From a virus, in IMG/VR virus record IMGVR_UViG_3300043466_002666: 64,000 nt of DNA; one strand, written 5' to 3'. Below are positions 40,545-49,624 of the stretch, one piece after another. A program made the position numbers and the translations under genes. How positions within the stretch are numbered: the stretch's first letter is position 1; every line of letters starts with the position of its first letter. The notes under the pieces are model-generated. The model ran no database searches and was not told the DNA's origin. It saw nothing but the letters and a program-made list of their open reading frames with translations.

Positions 40545-42721
40545 GAGCAGGTATCTGGAATAACTGGAGTAAAGTCTTCAATATTTTGATCTGGTGGTGG
40601 ACAACCGAGCTGAATAAGTCGTTGTTCACTTTCATTATCTGTAAATCCTTGGGCTTCAATTTTATTATATATTTTTTGGCATTCATCAATAAAGTCAGTT
40701 GGCTGATCTACCGTAACACTTCCATCTGGATTTGTAGTAGTTGCAGTTCCATCATCAGCTACGGTGGTGACACTTCCATCTGGGTTTGTTACAGTTGTTC
40801 CGGGAACATTTGTTACAGGATCTGTGCCAAACGGATCGCCAGATGGATACGGACTTGGATTCAATACGGATGGAATTGGTAGTGGTTGAGTGGTATCAAA
40901 ATCATCTGGTGTAGTATTATTAGTACCAATAAATTCAATATCAATTAATTCTGTAGTTGGATATGTATCAGCACCAGTGGTGATATCAGCATTTTCAGGA
41001 ATAACGTAAATATTTATTGGAGTATCTTGGCAGGAAGTAATAGAAAATTCTACTTCTCCAGTCTCATAATTAATTGTTCCTACTATACCAATAACTCTTT
41101 CCCTAGTAGTTAATAAGTAAATATTGTTATCTTGATCACATCCAGAGAAATCATTTCCAAATGCACCTAAAAATACTGGTTCATTGAAACCTTTTAGGCA
41201 GAATGGATCACTGATTAAAGTATATTTTGTTTGAATGTTATATTTTAATTTTGTGTAATATTTTAATTTATACTTATAGAATATATTCTCAACTAGTGTA
41301 ACTGATCTTTTAAATAATGCTTTTAGAATGACAAATTTAATATTTGGATCAATATCTCGCAATAAGCAAATTAATTTAGATGATGAAAATACACCATTAA
41401 AATTTTTAAATTCATCATCTAAATTATATTCTGTAATAATTTGCCTAGCAGCACTAATTAAAGTAGATGTAGTCCTTCTAGATTTTGCTTCATCAAAAAT
41501 AATTTTAATATAAAGTTCAATATAAAATGCTATAGCATCTTCTATAATTGGAGTGATAGAACCCACTGTATATGGTTGAATTTCGTCTTTAATTCTCTTC
41601 TTTTCTATGGTTGAGATAGATGAGCCCACTTTAGGCTTAATAGAAATAAAAACTTTACCATATTCTGGTGGTGATTTGGTTTCTCCACCCACAACTCGGA
41701 CTAAATCTGCATTAGGATAGATATTTTGTAAAATACTTTCATAGTCACTGACCACTACAGCTCTTTGTTGTGCAGCATAGTAACGTGGTGCCCTATACTT
41801 GATAGATCTAATTGGCTCAAATTCAGATCCACCATCTGTTTTAGTTGCTAGTGCAGTTGGAACTACATTTACTGTGCCAATTTGAGTACCAACTCCAAGA
41901 TTATAACCGATGGTAGATCCAATAAATTTTAATTCTGATGTAGAAATATTGTTTGATTGCGAACCACTAGATACGATATAATTTACGACTACAATCTCTC
42001 CATTTTGGAGCTTTCTACCAATTACGTCGTCCCCAAATACTATCTCATATTTTTGATCTTGAACTTCTTCTACAAAAAAGATTCTATCTGCAGCACCAAC
42101 TCCAACAATACTAAGTTTTTTCTGGTACTCTACTTCTAAATTTGTTGCAGGATCTGAAATTACATAAACTTTGATAGATTCTGCATCAACATAATTATTT
42201 GGAACAAAAAATCTCTGATTTTCATTAGATTCATCTACAGTATACCTAATTGAAAACTCAGCTCCTTCCTGAACCTCTACATTTTCAAATGTTACACTAT
42301 TATTGCCTTGAGTATCCTTAGTAATTTCATTTCTAAGAATAAATGTGTAATTTTTATTATTTTGAGTTACTGAGAAAATAGGTCCTGGGGTTAAATTTAC
42401 AGATTGATATTGAGAAACATTGTTTACAGTAATATTATAGCTAATTTTTGCGGATACATATGAATTTGGAGTATATCCAAGTTTTTTTGCATGTGAAACT
42501 ACATTATCACGAAGAACAGCAGTATCCAAATTTAATTCATTTGCTGCCATATTAATATTATATGACGAATACATGCTGTTATATGCCAATACATCCACCA
42601 ACATGGATAAATTGGACCCTTCAAAGTCATAGTCTTTGAAGTCAGTTTTAGTTTTGATGAAATTTTTAATGGATTCTCTGATTTGATCGAATTCTAATGC
42701 AGAGATAGTAGGTAGTTCCAT
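40541..42721 (-). CDS. gp6: gp6 baseplate wedge subunit with C-terminal extension
   Basis: LEFDQI, FKDYDFEGSNLS, DVLAYN, RAVVVSDY, YGKVFISIKP. Confidence 0.95.
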   Translation of the reverse strand: MELPTISALEFDQIRESIKNFIKTKTDFKDYDFEGSNLSMLVDVLAYNSMYSSYNINMAANELNLDTAVLRDNVVSHAKKLGYTPNSYVSAKISYNITVNNVSQYQSVNLTPGPIFSVTQNNKNYTFILRNEITKDTQGNNSVTFENVEVQEGAEFSIRYTVDESNENQRFFVPNNYVDAESIKVYVISDPATNLEVEYQKKLSIVGVGAADRIFFVEEVQDQKYEIVFGDDVIGRKLQNGEIVVVNYIVSSGSQSNNISTSELKFIGSTIGYNLGVGTQIGTVNVVPTALATKTDGGSEFEPIRSIKYRAPRYYAAQQRAVVVSDYESILQNIYPNADLVRVVGGETKSPPEYGKVFISIKPKVGSSISTIEKKRIKDEIQPYTVGSITPIIEDAIAFYIELYIKIIFDEAKSRRTTSTLISAARQIITEYNLDDEFKNFNGVFSSSKLICLLRDIDPNIKFVILKALFKRSVTLVENIFYKYKLKYYTKLKYNIQTKYTLISDPFCLKGFNEPVFLGAFGNDFSGCDQDNNIYLLTTRERVIGIVGTINYETGEVEFSITSCQDTPINIYVIPENADITTGADTYPTTELIDIEFIGTNNTTPDDFDTTQPLPIPSVLNPSPYPSGDPFGTDPVTNVPGTTVTNPDGSVTTVADDGTATTTNPDGSVTVDQPTDFIDECQKIYNKIEAQGFTDNESEQRLIQLGCPPPDQNIEDFTPVIPDTCS

Positions 42722-42724
42722 TTA

Positions 42725-43141
42725 TTAGCTTTCTCTTACGAGGATAAAATCTACGGTTTGCACAACTGGAGGTAATCCAACTATGAAATATTCTATAGTT
42801 ACATCAAATTCGTTAGAATCATCATCATTATTAACTGTAATATTCTCTAGTGTAATTCTAGGCTCATATGTAATAAGTACAGTCTCAATTTCTTCAATTA
42901 ATGAGGTTGCAGAAAATGTCGAATTTAGTTCAAATAAGTAACTAGTTGTATCCGTTCCAATTAATGGATTGAATAATCTTTCACCTAATTTAGTTAAAAC
43001 TAAATTTTTAACTGATTGCTTAATAGCTTCCTCATTTTTTAACACCACAATGTCCTTGGTGACTGGATTTAAACCAAAATTTAAGCTAATGTCTTTAAAA
43101 GACCTAGAAATTTTGCCTAATTCTTGAGAAACGGTGGACAT
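42725..43141 (-). CDS. gp25: gp25 baseplate wedge subunit
   Basis: FKDISL, AIKQSVKNLVLT..GERLFNP, YEPRI. Confidence 0.95.
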   Translation of the reverse strand: MSTVSQELGKISRSFKDISLNFGLNPVTKDIVVLKNEEAIKQSVKNLVLTKLGERLFNPLIGTDTTSYLFELNSTFSATSLIEEIETVLITYEPRITLENITVNNDDDSNEFDVTIEYFIVGLPPVVQTVDFILVRES

Positions 43142-43167
43142 TAAGGTAAAAAACTAGTAGTTATAAA

Positions 43168-43323
43168 CTATTTAGATACATCTTCAAAGTATTCACAGTA
43201 ATCAATACTATATTTTTTTAATTTTTGAGTTTTTTGAGGAACATAGTCAGTAACTAATCTAGTTGTTCCCCACATAGTTTTCATATATGTGGTGTCCCTA
43301 TCGGGATTTGGATGCATTGCCAT
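43168..43323 (-). CDS. small hypothetical protein (51 aa, not in ORF track)
   Basis: MAMHPNPDRDTTYMKTMWGTTRLVTDYVPQKTQKLKKYSIDYCEYFEDVSK; GGAG SD-like sequence upstream. Confidence 0.65.
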   Translation of the reverse strand: MAMHPNPDRDTTYMKTMWGTTRLVTDYVPQKTQKLKKYSIDYCEYFEDVSK

Positions 43324-43394
43324 CTGTTTTCTCCAAAAATGGGTCTAACAGAACTTTTAAAGGGGTTTCTATCCCTTCGATGATATTTATTAAT

Positions 43395-43417
43395 AAAAAA
43401 GGAGGTCATAGACCTCC
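43395..43417 (-). terminator. Rho-independent terminator
   Basis: GGAGGTC-TAT-GACCTCC followed by U6 on the minus strand. Confidence 0.8.
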
Positions 43418-43427
43418 AAATACTATA

Positions 43428-43571
43428 TTATCGACCTTGACCTCGATAAGCTTTTTTCCGACCATTACGACTCGTAGCAGAGAGTCGGGTGTTTTTTGAA
43501 CGACCTTGACGGGTCATTTTGGGGTTGCCGGGTGTGTATCCAGACTTGTTAAAACTAGGTGCTTTTGCCAT
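43428..43571 (-). CDS. small basic protein ending YRGQGR (47 aa, not in ORF track)
   Basis: MAKAPSFNKSGYTPGNPKMTRQGRSKNTRLSATSRNGRKKAYRGQGR, directly after the PAAR gene and before a terminator. Confidence 0.75.
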   Translation of the reverse strand: MAKAPSFNKSGYTPGNPKMTRQGRSKNTRLSATSRNGRKKAYRGQGR

Positions 43572-43572
43572 G

Positions 43573-43896
43573 TTAGTTCACGAATACGTTGGTGGGAACA
43601 GGTAATATTATACGGGGTGAAACGGTATTTGTCAAGTCCCCTACGTGCCCAGATGGCCTTCCGTTAACAAAGACTTTGCTTGGTGCAATGATGGTCCTTG
43701 CAAGAGGGGCACAGCTTGTGTTAGGACACACTGGAAAGCCTGGTGCAGGGGTTAGAACGTCCCCTGCCTTGGCTCGGGGTCTTCCATTGGCAAATACGGT
43801 AGACACAATAGGAGTCACAATATTTGGTGGATAGACACAGCATGGTCTAAATGAAATCGAATCTGGATTTCCTAATGCTGCTATTGGTCTTGTCAT
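43573..43896 (-). CDS. PAAR-like spike tip protein (gp5.4-like)
   Basis: RPIAALG, VFANGRPRAKAGD, VFVNGRPSGHVGD repeats; Cys/His metal ligands. Confidence 0.85.
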   Translation of the reverse strand: MTRPIAALGNPDSISFRPCCVYPPNIVTPIVSTVFANGRPRAKAGDVLTPAPGFPVCPNTSCAPLARTIIAPSKVFVNGRPSGHVGDLTNTVSPRIILPVPTNVFVN

Positions 43897-46800
43897 ACGG
43901 CTTTATTTTGAATTGAAATTGGCCAAAATTGAGACAAGTAATTATTCTTCTGATAACTATGAATTGCATAGTTACTACCTGAGAATGGAGTTAAAGTACT
44001 TTCAAATAACAAAACTTCTCCACTTTCAGTAGTTCCAGATCCATCGGATGTTGCAGTGAAGATAGTTCCTACACCATATCCATCTGGAGCACCATAATCT
44101 TTCCAGTTAACAGATCCAAGAGTCTTAATTATATATGTTACCTCAGATTGAATATCGCCTGAGTTTGCAGTTTTTTCAAATGATGATGTGGTATCAAACA
44201 TTTCTCTTGTGCATTGCAAAAATTGAGTTTCAGTTTTATCTTTATAATAGATAATCTCTTCTCCAAGGTAATAATGATATAGTGTCTCATTTCTTGTTTC
44301 TGGGTTCACATCTTTCTTCACAATGAATTTTGGAATAATCAAATACCCAGCAGAAATAAAATCATGAGTACTATTTACAGTAATAGTAGTATCTGATGTT
44401 TTTAGTTCTTGAGTAAGCTTTGCATATGGAGGTTCATCCATATATGGGTTACCCTTGTTCTTGACTGCACTTGAAAGATTTTTGCTGACTTCATTTACTC
44501 TAAAATTTAAAATTTTATCAAAGGTAACTTGGTAGTTTGTATCATTACCATGCCAGAAGGTAGTTGGTGCTGGTCCTGCTGCCCATGCAGTAGTACTACC
44601 TCCAATTGGTGGAGCTGGGAAAGCAACTGCAGAAATAGTTACTGTAGTAATAAATCCTTCACCATCAACATTAACATTAGCTTGCCAACCAGTTCCACTT
44701 GATGGAGATATGCTGCCCGTCCAGCGAGGAATAGATTTGATCTGAATTTCTATGTTATTGGCATCAGAATCTGGGAATAATGCAGAATCATCAACAAAAC
44801 TAAAGTCTTCAATAACGTATTCTAAAGATTTAAATCTAGGTGGAATACGATATGCAGCTTCAGTTTTAAATACTTGACTAGATTTATCTTCACCTTCAAT
44901 CAGTGGAGGTAGATTTGGAATAGTTGTTTTCTTTGGTACAGATCCACCAATAGTTTCAATAGCTCTCAATAGAGTGTTTTGCAGCGAATTTTCATTGGAA
45001 ATGACTTGTTTGTACATTTCCTCAGGTAAATTGATGTTTGCAAAATTAAAACTATTCTGTAAATTTGATGTAATGATACCCTCAAGTTCTTCTTTACTGT
45101 AAGTTTTAGGTGTTTTTACATCAACACATGGATCAAAGTTAGTATCATTTTGAATTGGTGCAATATATTCATTAAAAGTCTTAAATTCACTGTGCGGATA
45201 GTAGACTTTTGAGTAGTCTGGAGTAACATTGTTATCGCATTCAGAGTCTTTTACTGCTTGGACAGTACGAGTTCCTAATTTTAATCTCTCAGTATCAACA
45301 ATTTCTCTTTGAATGGTAAGAAAATCAGATGAAGAAAGCTTAGAAATCCAACTGTCAAGCTCATTTTTCTCTGCAGGGCGATTAAAATACGTCCAAAATA
45401 CATTGTTTACCTCATATGCAGCATCATTTGCAGGAGAAACACATAAAAATTGCTGCTGTAAGTAATAACTATCATCACTTAGAATAACACTACCCAGTAT
45501 AAACTTACCTAATTCATCTTCTAAGTAAGTAGATTCGCAGAATCCATCTCTAGAATAGAATAATGGTGTATAAGTATAGAACTTTTTATCATTACTGACA
45601 TAAACTCCACATACTGCAGACCTATCAATAATGCCTTTGCCAGCAATAACCTGAATTCTGTTCTCTGGAATTATTGCACTATTCTGAACTCTGGTTACAT
45701 TCCACCCACGAACAAAGGTATTGTTTTTATTATCTTGTTTTTTAAACCAAACCTTAAAGCTTTTGCTGTCTACTACTTCAATTTGTGATACAAAAACAAA
45801 AGATTCTTCTACTCCAGATGCAGTTTGATCATCAGTAATAGAAATTTGAATATCATTATTGTCACTAATAGTAGTTTCATCTAAGAATGTAACTAGATAA
45901 TACTTTCTATTATCAGAATCATTAGAACCACCTTCATCATTTTTATTCTTTGCTTGTATTCTAATATCCTTAGTTGTAGTTAACTGAATATCTTTGTTCT
46001 TGTTATCATCAAAAACATGATAAACAGGACTAGTATATTGAGGAGTACTAGGAGTATTTTTAGAATAGTATTGATCCTTCACAAATGGAGCACTGCCCCC
46101 ACTAATCTCTGCATAACATAAGATTTGGTTTGAAATGTTATTTGCAAGACCAGTATTAGTAAATTTTACGTTTCTAACCTTTTTCTTGTTTTTATACTTA
46201 AGAGGTTTAGTAAGAAAGATTTTGAGTCCTTGAATACTATCTACGTAGGTCTCTTTTTGAATGCCATACCCAATAACTTTATCACCAACATTGATAATTC
46301 TATCCTCTGCTCCGTCGTTTTTGTTAATGAAGATAAACCCAGGAGTCTTATTATTCTCAGAAACTTTAGAGACTCTTCTTCTAACGGACTCTGTGGTTCT
46401 CAGAGATTTCTCGTCAAAGTGCTCAGAGTTATAGTTAACTACTTTGTTTACTGTCCAACCATTGATGATATCACCAACAGCAATCATATCTTTATTGGTG
46501 GTATTCTCATAGTAAAAGAATATCTTATTGTCGAGTGTACCGCCATGGTATGCAATACTACCTTCAGGTAGGCCAATTACTTGACTGTCTACTCTAGCAA
46601 GTGTGAATGTACCGCTAACACTTGTACTGGATACTGCATATTCTGGGCAAGGTGCTGGTGCCTCAGGATCTGTACTCGGTGGTGGAGTAGTTACAGTAAT
46701 ACCTCCCACAGGACGTGCAGGAAGTGTATGAGTTAATGGCCACTCAAAGATATGATAGAAGTATTGTTCGTCGTATACTTTATCTGCTTTGCAATATCTT

Positions 46801-47141
46801 TCATAGACTGGTCTACTCTTGATATCATCACCAGAACCAATAATCTCATATTCTGGTTGATAAAATACTTGATCAACAAAGTTTACATTCTCGCCATTAG
46901 AATTCTCTGTATCAATGGCAGGAACTTGAATTACAGTTCTGCGAAGCTTTTCTTGCTTACTGCCATTCTGTATAGTTTTATTTGCAGCATCAGGTGGTCT
47001 TACTTCGTACCAGTATTTCTCAATATAAGGAAAAGTTATAGTTATCTGAGCTGGTGGTTGTCCTTCTGGTGCTGGACATTCGGAATATGTAAAAGTTAAT
47101 TCTGCATCCTTGGGATCTTTTTTTGGACTACAATTAGCCAT
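43893..47141 (-). CDS. large hypothetical virion/baseplate-associated protein
   Basis: 1082-aa ORF at the head of the late module; C-terminal ITVNST...EEIIYY module shared with the gp7-like protein. Confidence 0.75.
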   Translation of the reverse strand: MANCSPKKDPKDAELTFTYSECPAPEGQPPAQITITFPYIEKYWYEVRPPDAANKTIQNGSKQEKLRRTVIQVPAIDTENSNGENVNFVDQVFYQPEYEIIGSGDDIKSRPVYERYCKADKVYDEQYFYHIFEWPLTHTLPARPVGGITVTTPPPSTDPEAPAPCPEYAVSSTSVSGTFTLARVDSQVIGLPEGSIAYHGGTLDNKIFFYYENTTNKDMIAVGDIINGWTVNKVVNYNSEHFDEKSLRTTESVRRRVSKVSENNKTPGFIFINKNDGAEDRIINVGDKVIGYGIQKETYVDSIQGLKIFLTKPLKYKNKKKVRNVKFTNTGLANNISNQILCYAEISGGSAPFVKDQYYSKNTPSTPQYTSPVYHVFDDNKNKDIQLTTTKDIRIQAKNKNDEGGSNDSDNRKYYLVTFLDETTISDNNDIQISITDDQTASGVEESFVFVSQIEVVDSKSFKVWFKKQDNKNNTFVRGWNVTRVQNSAIIPENRIQVIAGKGIIDRSAVCGVYVSNDKKFYTYTPLFYSRDGFCESTYLEDELGKFILGSVILSDDSYYLQQQFLCVSPANDAAYEVNNVFWTYFNRPAEKNELDSWISKLSSSDFLTIQREIVDTERLKLGTRTVQAVKDSECDNNVTPDYSKVYYPHSEFKTFNEYIAPIQNDTNFDPCVDVKTPKTYSKEELEGIITSNLQNSFNFANINLPEEMYKQVISNENSLQNTLLRAIETIGGSVPKKTTIPNLPPLIEGEDKSSQVFKTEAAYRIPPRFKSLEYVIEDFSFVDDSALFPDSDANNIEIQIKSIPRWTGSISPSSGTGWQANVNVDGEGFITTVTISAVAFPAPPIGGSTTAWAAGPAPTTFWHGNDTNYQVTFDKILNFRVNEVSKNLSSAVKNKGNPYMDEPPYAKLTQELKTSDTTITVNSTHDFISAGYLIIPKFIVKKDVNPETRNETLYHYYLGEEIIYYKDKTETQFLQCTREMFDTTSSFEKTANSGDIQSEVTYIIKTLGSVNWKDYGAPDGYGVGTIFTATSDGSGTTESGEVLLFESTLTPFSGSNYAIHSYQKNNYLSQFWPISIQNKAV

Positions 47142-47153
47142 ATGTATAAGTCA

Positions 47154-47336
47154 TCAGTCTCCTACTTTATGTATGCGAATACCAGGAGTATCATGATGAT
47201 CAAAGTATTCAAATTCTAAAGTATCACCCTCAATCCATTGCATTTCATCGAGAATCTCATCGGGGAATGTAATGAAATATTCGCCAGATTTATTATCGTA
47301 CTGTACTTCTGTGGTAAATGAAGAAAATGTAGACAT
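47154..47336 (-). CDS. AbrB/MazE-like swapped-hairpin DNA-binding protein
   Basis: GEYFITFPDEILDEMQWIEGDTLEF matches the AbrB pattern (x-I-P-x-x-I-x-x-x-L/M-x-W-x-x-G-D-x-L). Confidence 0.65.
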   Translation of the reverse strand: MSTFSSFTTEVQYDNKSGEYFITFPDEILDEMQWIEGDTLEFEYFDHHDTPGIRIHKVGD

Positions 47337-47394
47337 AGTTTGTGTAATAACATAATTTATATAGTTGCATAAATAATTAAAAATTTCAACAAGT

Positions 47395-47949
47395 ATGTAT
47401 AATTTATCAGAATCATATTTGAACGTTTATAACTTAGATGAAAATGTATCTGGTGGTAGAGCCACTAGGGCAAGTTTTGGTGGTATTTCTCAAAGAACTT
47501 CTTCTGCAGAAGCTAGTAGAATTAGATCTGCTGGTCATGAAGCTAAACTTAACAAAATGAGTAAAGAGCCATCTAAAGGTGGTGTACCCAGAGATTCTGC
47601 AAGTCTAAGTAAAAAAAGAACTCCAGAAAAAGCAGCACAAGATAAAAAGAAAAGCTTACCAAATGTATTGCCTCATATGAGAAAAACTCCAGCACAGCAA
47701 AGAACTGGAGAAAGAAATACTAATATTAGAGGAGCATTATCAGATACTCGCTGGGGAACTCGTGCAGCTAATTATGACTGGAGACAACAGAAAAGAGCTG
47801 AAAGAAGTAAAAGACTAGGACTTAATAAAGAAGACATTGAATATATTTTAGATTATCTAGTATATGAAGGATATGCAAATAGTTATGATACAGCATGTAA
47901 TATTTGCGAACATATGTCCGACGATTGGATATTAAATATTTTAGACTAA
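47395..47949 (+). CDS. late, basic, probable internal head protein (only convincing plus-strand gene)
   Basis: CATAAATA late-promoter core at about 47368-47375; own terminator at 47958-47990; acidic N- and C-terminal caps around a K/R-rich core. Confidence 0.8.
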   Translation: MYNLSESYLNVYNLDENVSGGRATRASFGGISQRTSSAEASRIRSAGHEAKLNKMSKEPSKGGVPRDSASLSKKRTPEKAAQDKKKSLPNVLPHMRKTPAQQRTGERNTNIRGALSDTRWGTRAANYDWRQQKRAERSKRLGLNKEDIEYILDYLVYEGYANSYDTACNICEHMSDDWILNILD

Positions 47950-47957
47950 TTGTTTAT

Positions 47958-47990
47958 TCCGAGAACTTAAAAAGTTTTCGGATTTTTTTT
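47958..47990 (+). terminator. terminator for the plus-strand gene
   Basis: TCCGAGAACTT...AAGTTTTCGGA stem followed by T8. Confidence 0.7.
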
Positions 47991-48093
47991 GTGTAAAAAT
48001 TTTTCCGAGATTATTTTAAATGTCTCGGAAAGACATAGAGTAATATATGATAATTGCTCTCGGAGACTTGTGTTTGTTGGGAGAGGCATAATT

Positions 48094-48684
48094 TTAAATT
48101 TTTTTTAGTTTGGCGCAAGAACTTCCAGAGGAGATTGCATTATGTAAACTTTTGGCAAAAGCTTTTGGAGTTTTTGTTCTTGTTCTTAACTGAATCCAAT
48201 TCCAATTATCTTCAATCCAACCAGTTAAATTTGTACCACTATAAACTTCTCCAGTAATTCCATCTAAAAGTTTAAATTGTTTTGCAGTAATTTTAATCAT
48301 ATTCTCTTTTCTAGAGACCCACTTTAAATTATTTGCATGGTTGTTTAATTTATTAGAGTCAATGTGGTCAATTTCTTTGTACTTATGTGGATTTTCTAAG
48401 AAACATTCTGCTATTAATCTATGCACATAATATTTTATTTGCTTTTCAGTTTTCCCCTCGGCATTTTTTAGAGAAATATTAATGGCTAGATACCTATCAG
48501 TTGGATTACTTCCACCTCTTGGGTGTTGTTTTAATTCTCTAAGGCTTCCTTTTTTAGAGATACATCCAGAAGTTCCTTTAATATGTGTTGAATACCATTC
48601 AGTGAAAACTTTACCATCTTCTGAAACATAATAACCATCGAACTTTGTGGGTAAAATTTTCTGGGAAAAATTTTTTTGATTCAT
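48094..48684 (-). CDS. HNH homing endonuclease (NUMOD4-HNH type); likely start MNQKNF at 48684
   Basis: YYVSEDGKV, YVHRLIAECFLENP...IDHIDSNKLNNHANNLKWVSRKEN. Confidence 0.88.
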   Translation of the reverse strand: MNQKNFSQKILPTKFDGYYVSEDGKVFTEWYSTHIKGTSGCISKKGSLRELKQHPRGGSNPTDRYLAINISLKNAEGKTEKQIKYYVHRLIAECFLENPHKYKEIDHIDSNKLNNHANNLKWVSRKENMIKITAKQFKLLDGITGEVYSGTNLTGWIEDNWNWIQLRTRTKTPKAFAKSLHNAISSGSSCAKLKKI

Positions 48685-48764
48685 TGAGTATATCGAAGTC
48701 GATGGATAAGGTTTATAGCTTATATAGTATCTATTTTTTTCACGGCCCGGCGGGCCGGCGACCC

Positions 48765-48878
48765 ATAAGGCCCGCTTATACTGCCCTGCCCGACTGATCA
48801 GGACTGCTGATGGATCAGGAATGCTGATCTGTCTTGCCACTGGCTGATAAGCACTGCTGATGGATCAGGAATGCTGAT
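48765..48878. repeat. array of five AT(A/C)AG-N5-CT(T/G)AT palindromic boxes, including a 26-bp exact direct repeat
   Basis: Boxes at 48765, 48797, 48814, 48847 and 48864; ACTGCTGATGGATCAGGAATGCTGAT at 48803-48828 and 48853-48878. Confidence 0.85.
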
Positions 48879-48911
48879 GGAAGGGGCCAGCCTGGCTAGC
48901 CCCGTTGCTGA

Positions 48912-49079
48912 TCAGGCCAACTCTAGCCAGCCATCCACATAGGTGTTCACTCCGAACACTAGGGCTGCAGCCTTGGCCTCAGCCTGCTGGCGGGTCTCGG
49001 CCTTAATGCTGATAAGCTCAGCCATCAGCTCGGCGGTCTCGGGTGCGGGGTAGAAAGCGGTGAAGGTAAAGGTGGCCAT
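48912..49079 (-). CDS. early small hypothetical protein (55 aa, not in ORF track)
   Basis: MATFTFTAFYPAPETAELMAELISIKAETRQQAEAKAAALVFGVNTYVDGWLELA; own TGc-TACAAT promoter at 49115-49107 and GGGAG SD. Confidence 0.75.
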   Translation of the reverse strand: MATFTFTAFYPAPETAELMAELISIKAETRQQAEAKAAALVFGVNTYVDGWLELA

Positions 49080-49151
49080 TGGGGTTCTCCCTTGGTTGAC
49101 TAGTCAATTGTAGCACGGATGGGGCCAGCCTGGCCAGCCCCTGGCTGCTGA

Positions 49152-49376
49152 TCAGTCAGCCGATGCAGCCGCTAGCAGTTCGGCGATCTGATCAAACCGA
49201 TCCCACGCTGCCTTGCCCACGGCGCTGCAGCCGCTGGGGGTAAGGTCTGGCCGACGACCCTCTACGGCATCCCGCCAGAGGCTGTGCCAGCGTGTTGCGG
49301 CGTCAGCTAGCTGGCTTTGCAGCTGGCGGGCCTCGTTACGGGTGAGGGTCAGTGTGATAGTGGTTTGCTTAGCCAT
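49152..49376 (-). CDS. early small hypothetical protein
   Basis: 74 aa, GC-rich codons, A/C-rich leader, upstream hairpin. Confidence 0.72.
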   Translation of the reverse strand: MAKQTTITLTLTRNEARQLQSQLADAATRWHSLWRDAVEGRRPDLTPSGCSAVGKAAWDRFDQIAELLAAASAD

Positions 49377-49438
49377 GGTTCGGGTGTGGTTGATCGGTGG
49401 AAGTGGAAGGGGAGGCCCGGAGGCCTCCCGTGTGGGGG

Positions 49439-49624
49439 TCAGGCTAGGACTCGGTTCAGCCTGTTGTGGAGCGCCTGGGCGCAGAATTGGCCCCGGATCC
49501 CCATGGTGAGGGATGCCCCACGGTGAGGGATCAGATCCACCCAGGCGGTGGCCCCGCTCCGCCAGATGGCAAGGCGGAAGCCCAGGGCGTGAAGGGCGGT
49601 GATGTCGGCGGCGTTGTGGGTCAT
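49439..49624 (-). CDS. early small hypothetical protein
   Basis: 61 aa directly behind a TTGACA-18-TATAAT promoter cassette. Confidence 0.72.
   Translation of the reverse strand: MTHNAADITALHALGFRLAIWRSGATAWVDLIPHRGASLTMGIRGQFCAQALHNRLNRVLA

Noticed and set aside
115-47099. Numerous 60-166-aa plus-strand ORFs across the structural module
   Set aside because: Antisense shadows of well-identified minus-strand genes.
48685-48840. N-terminal extension of the HNH ORF to 248 aa
   Set aside because: It runs through the GC palindrome and box array; the ATG at 48684 gives a normal NUMOD4-HNH start.
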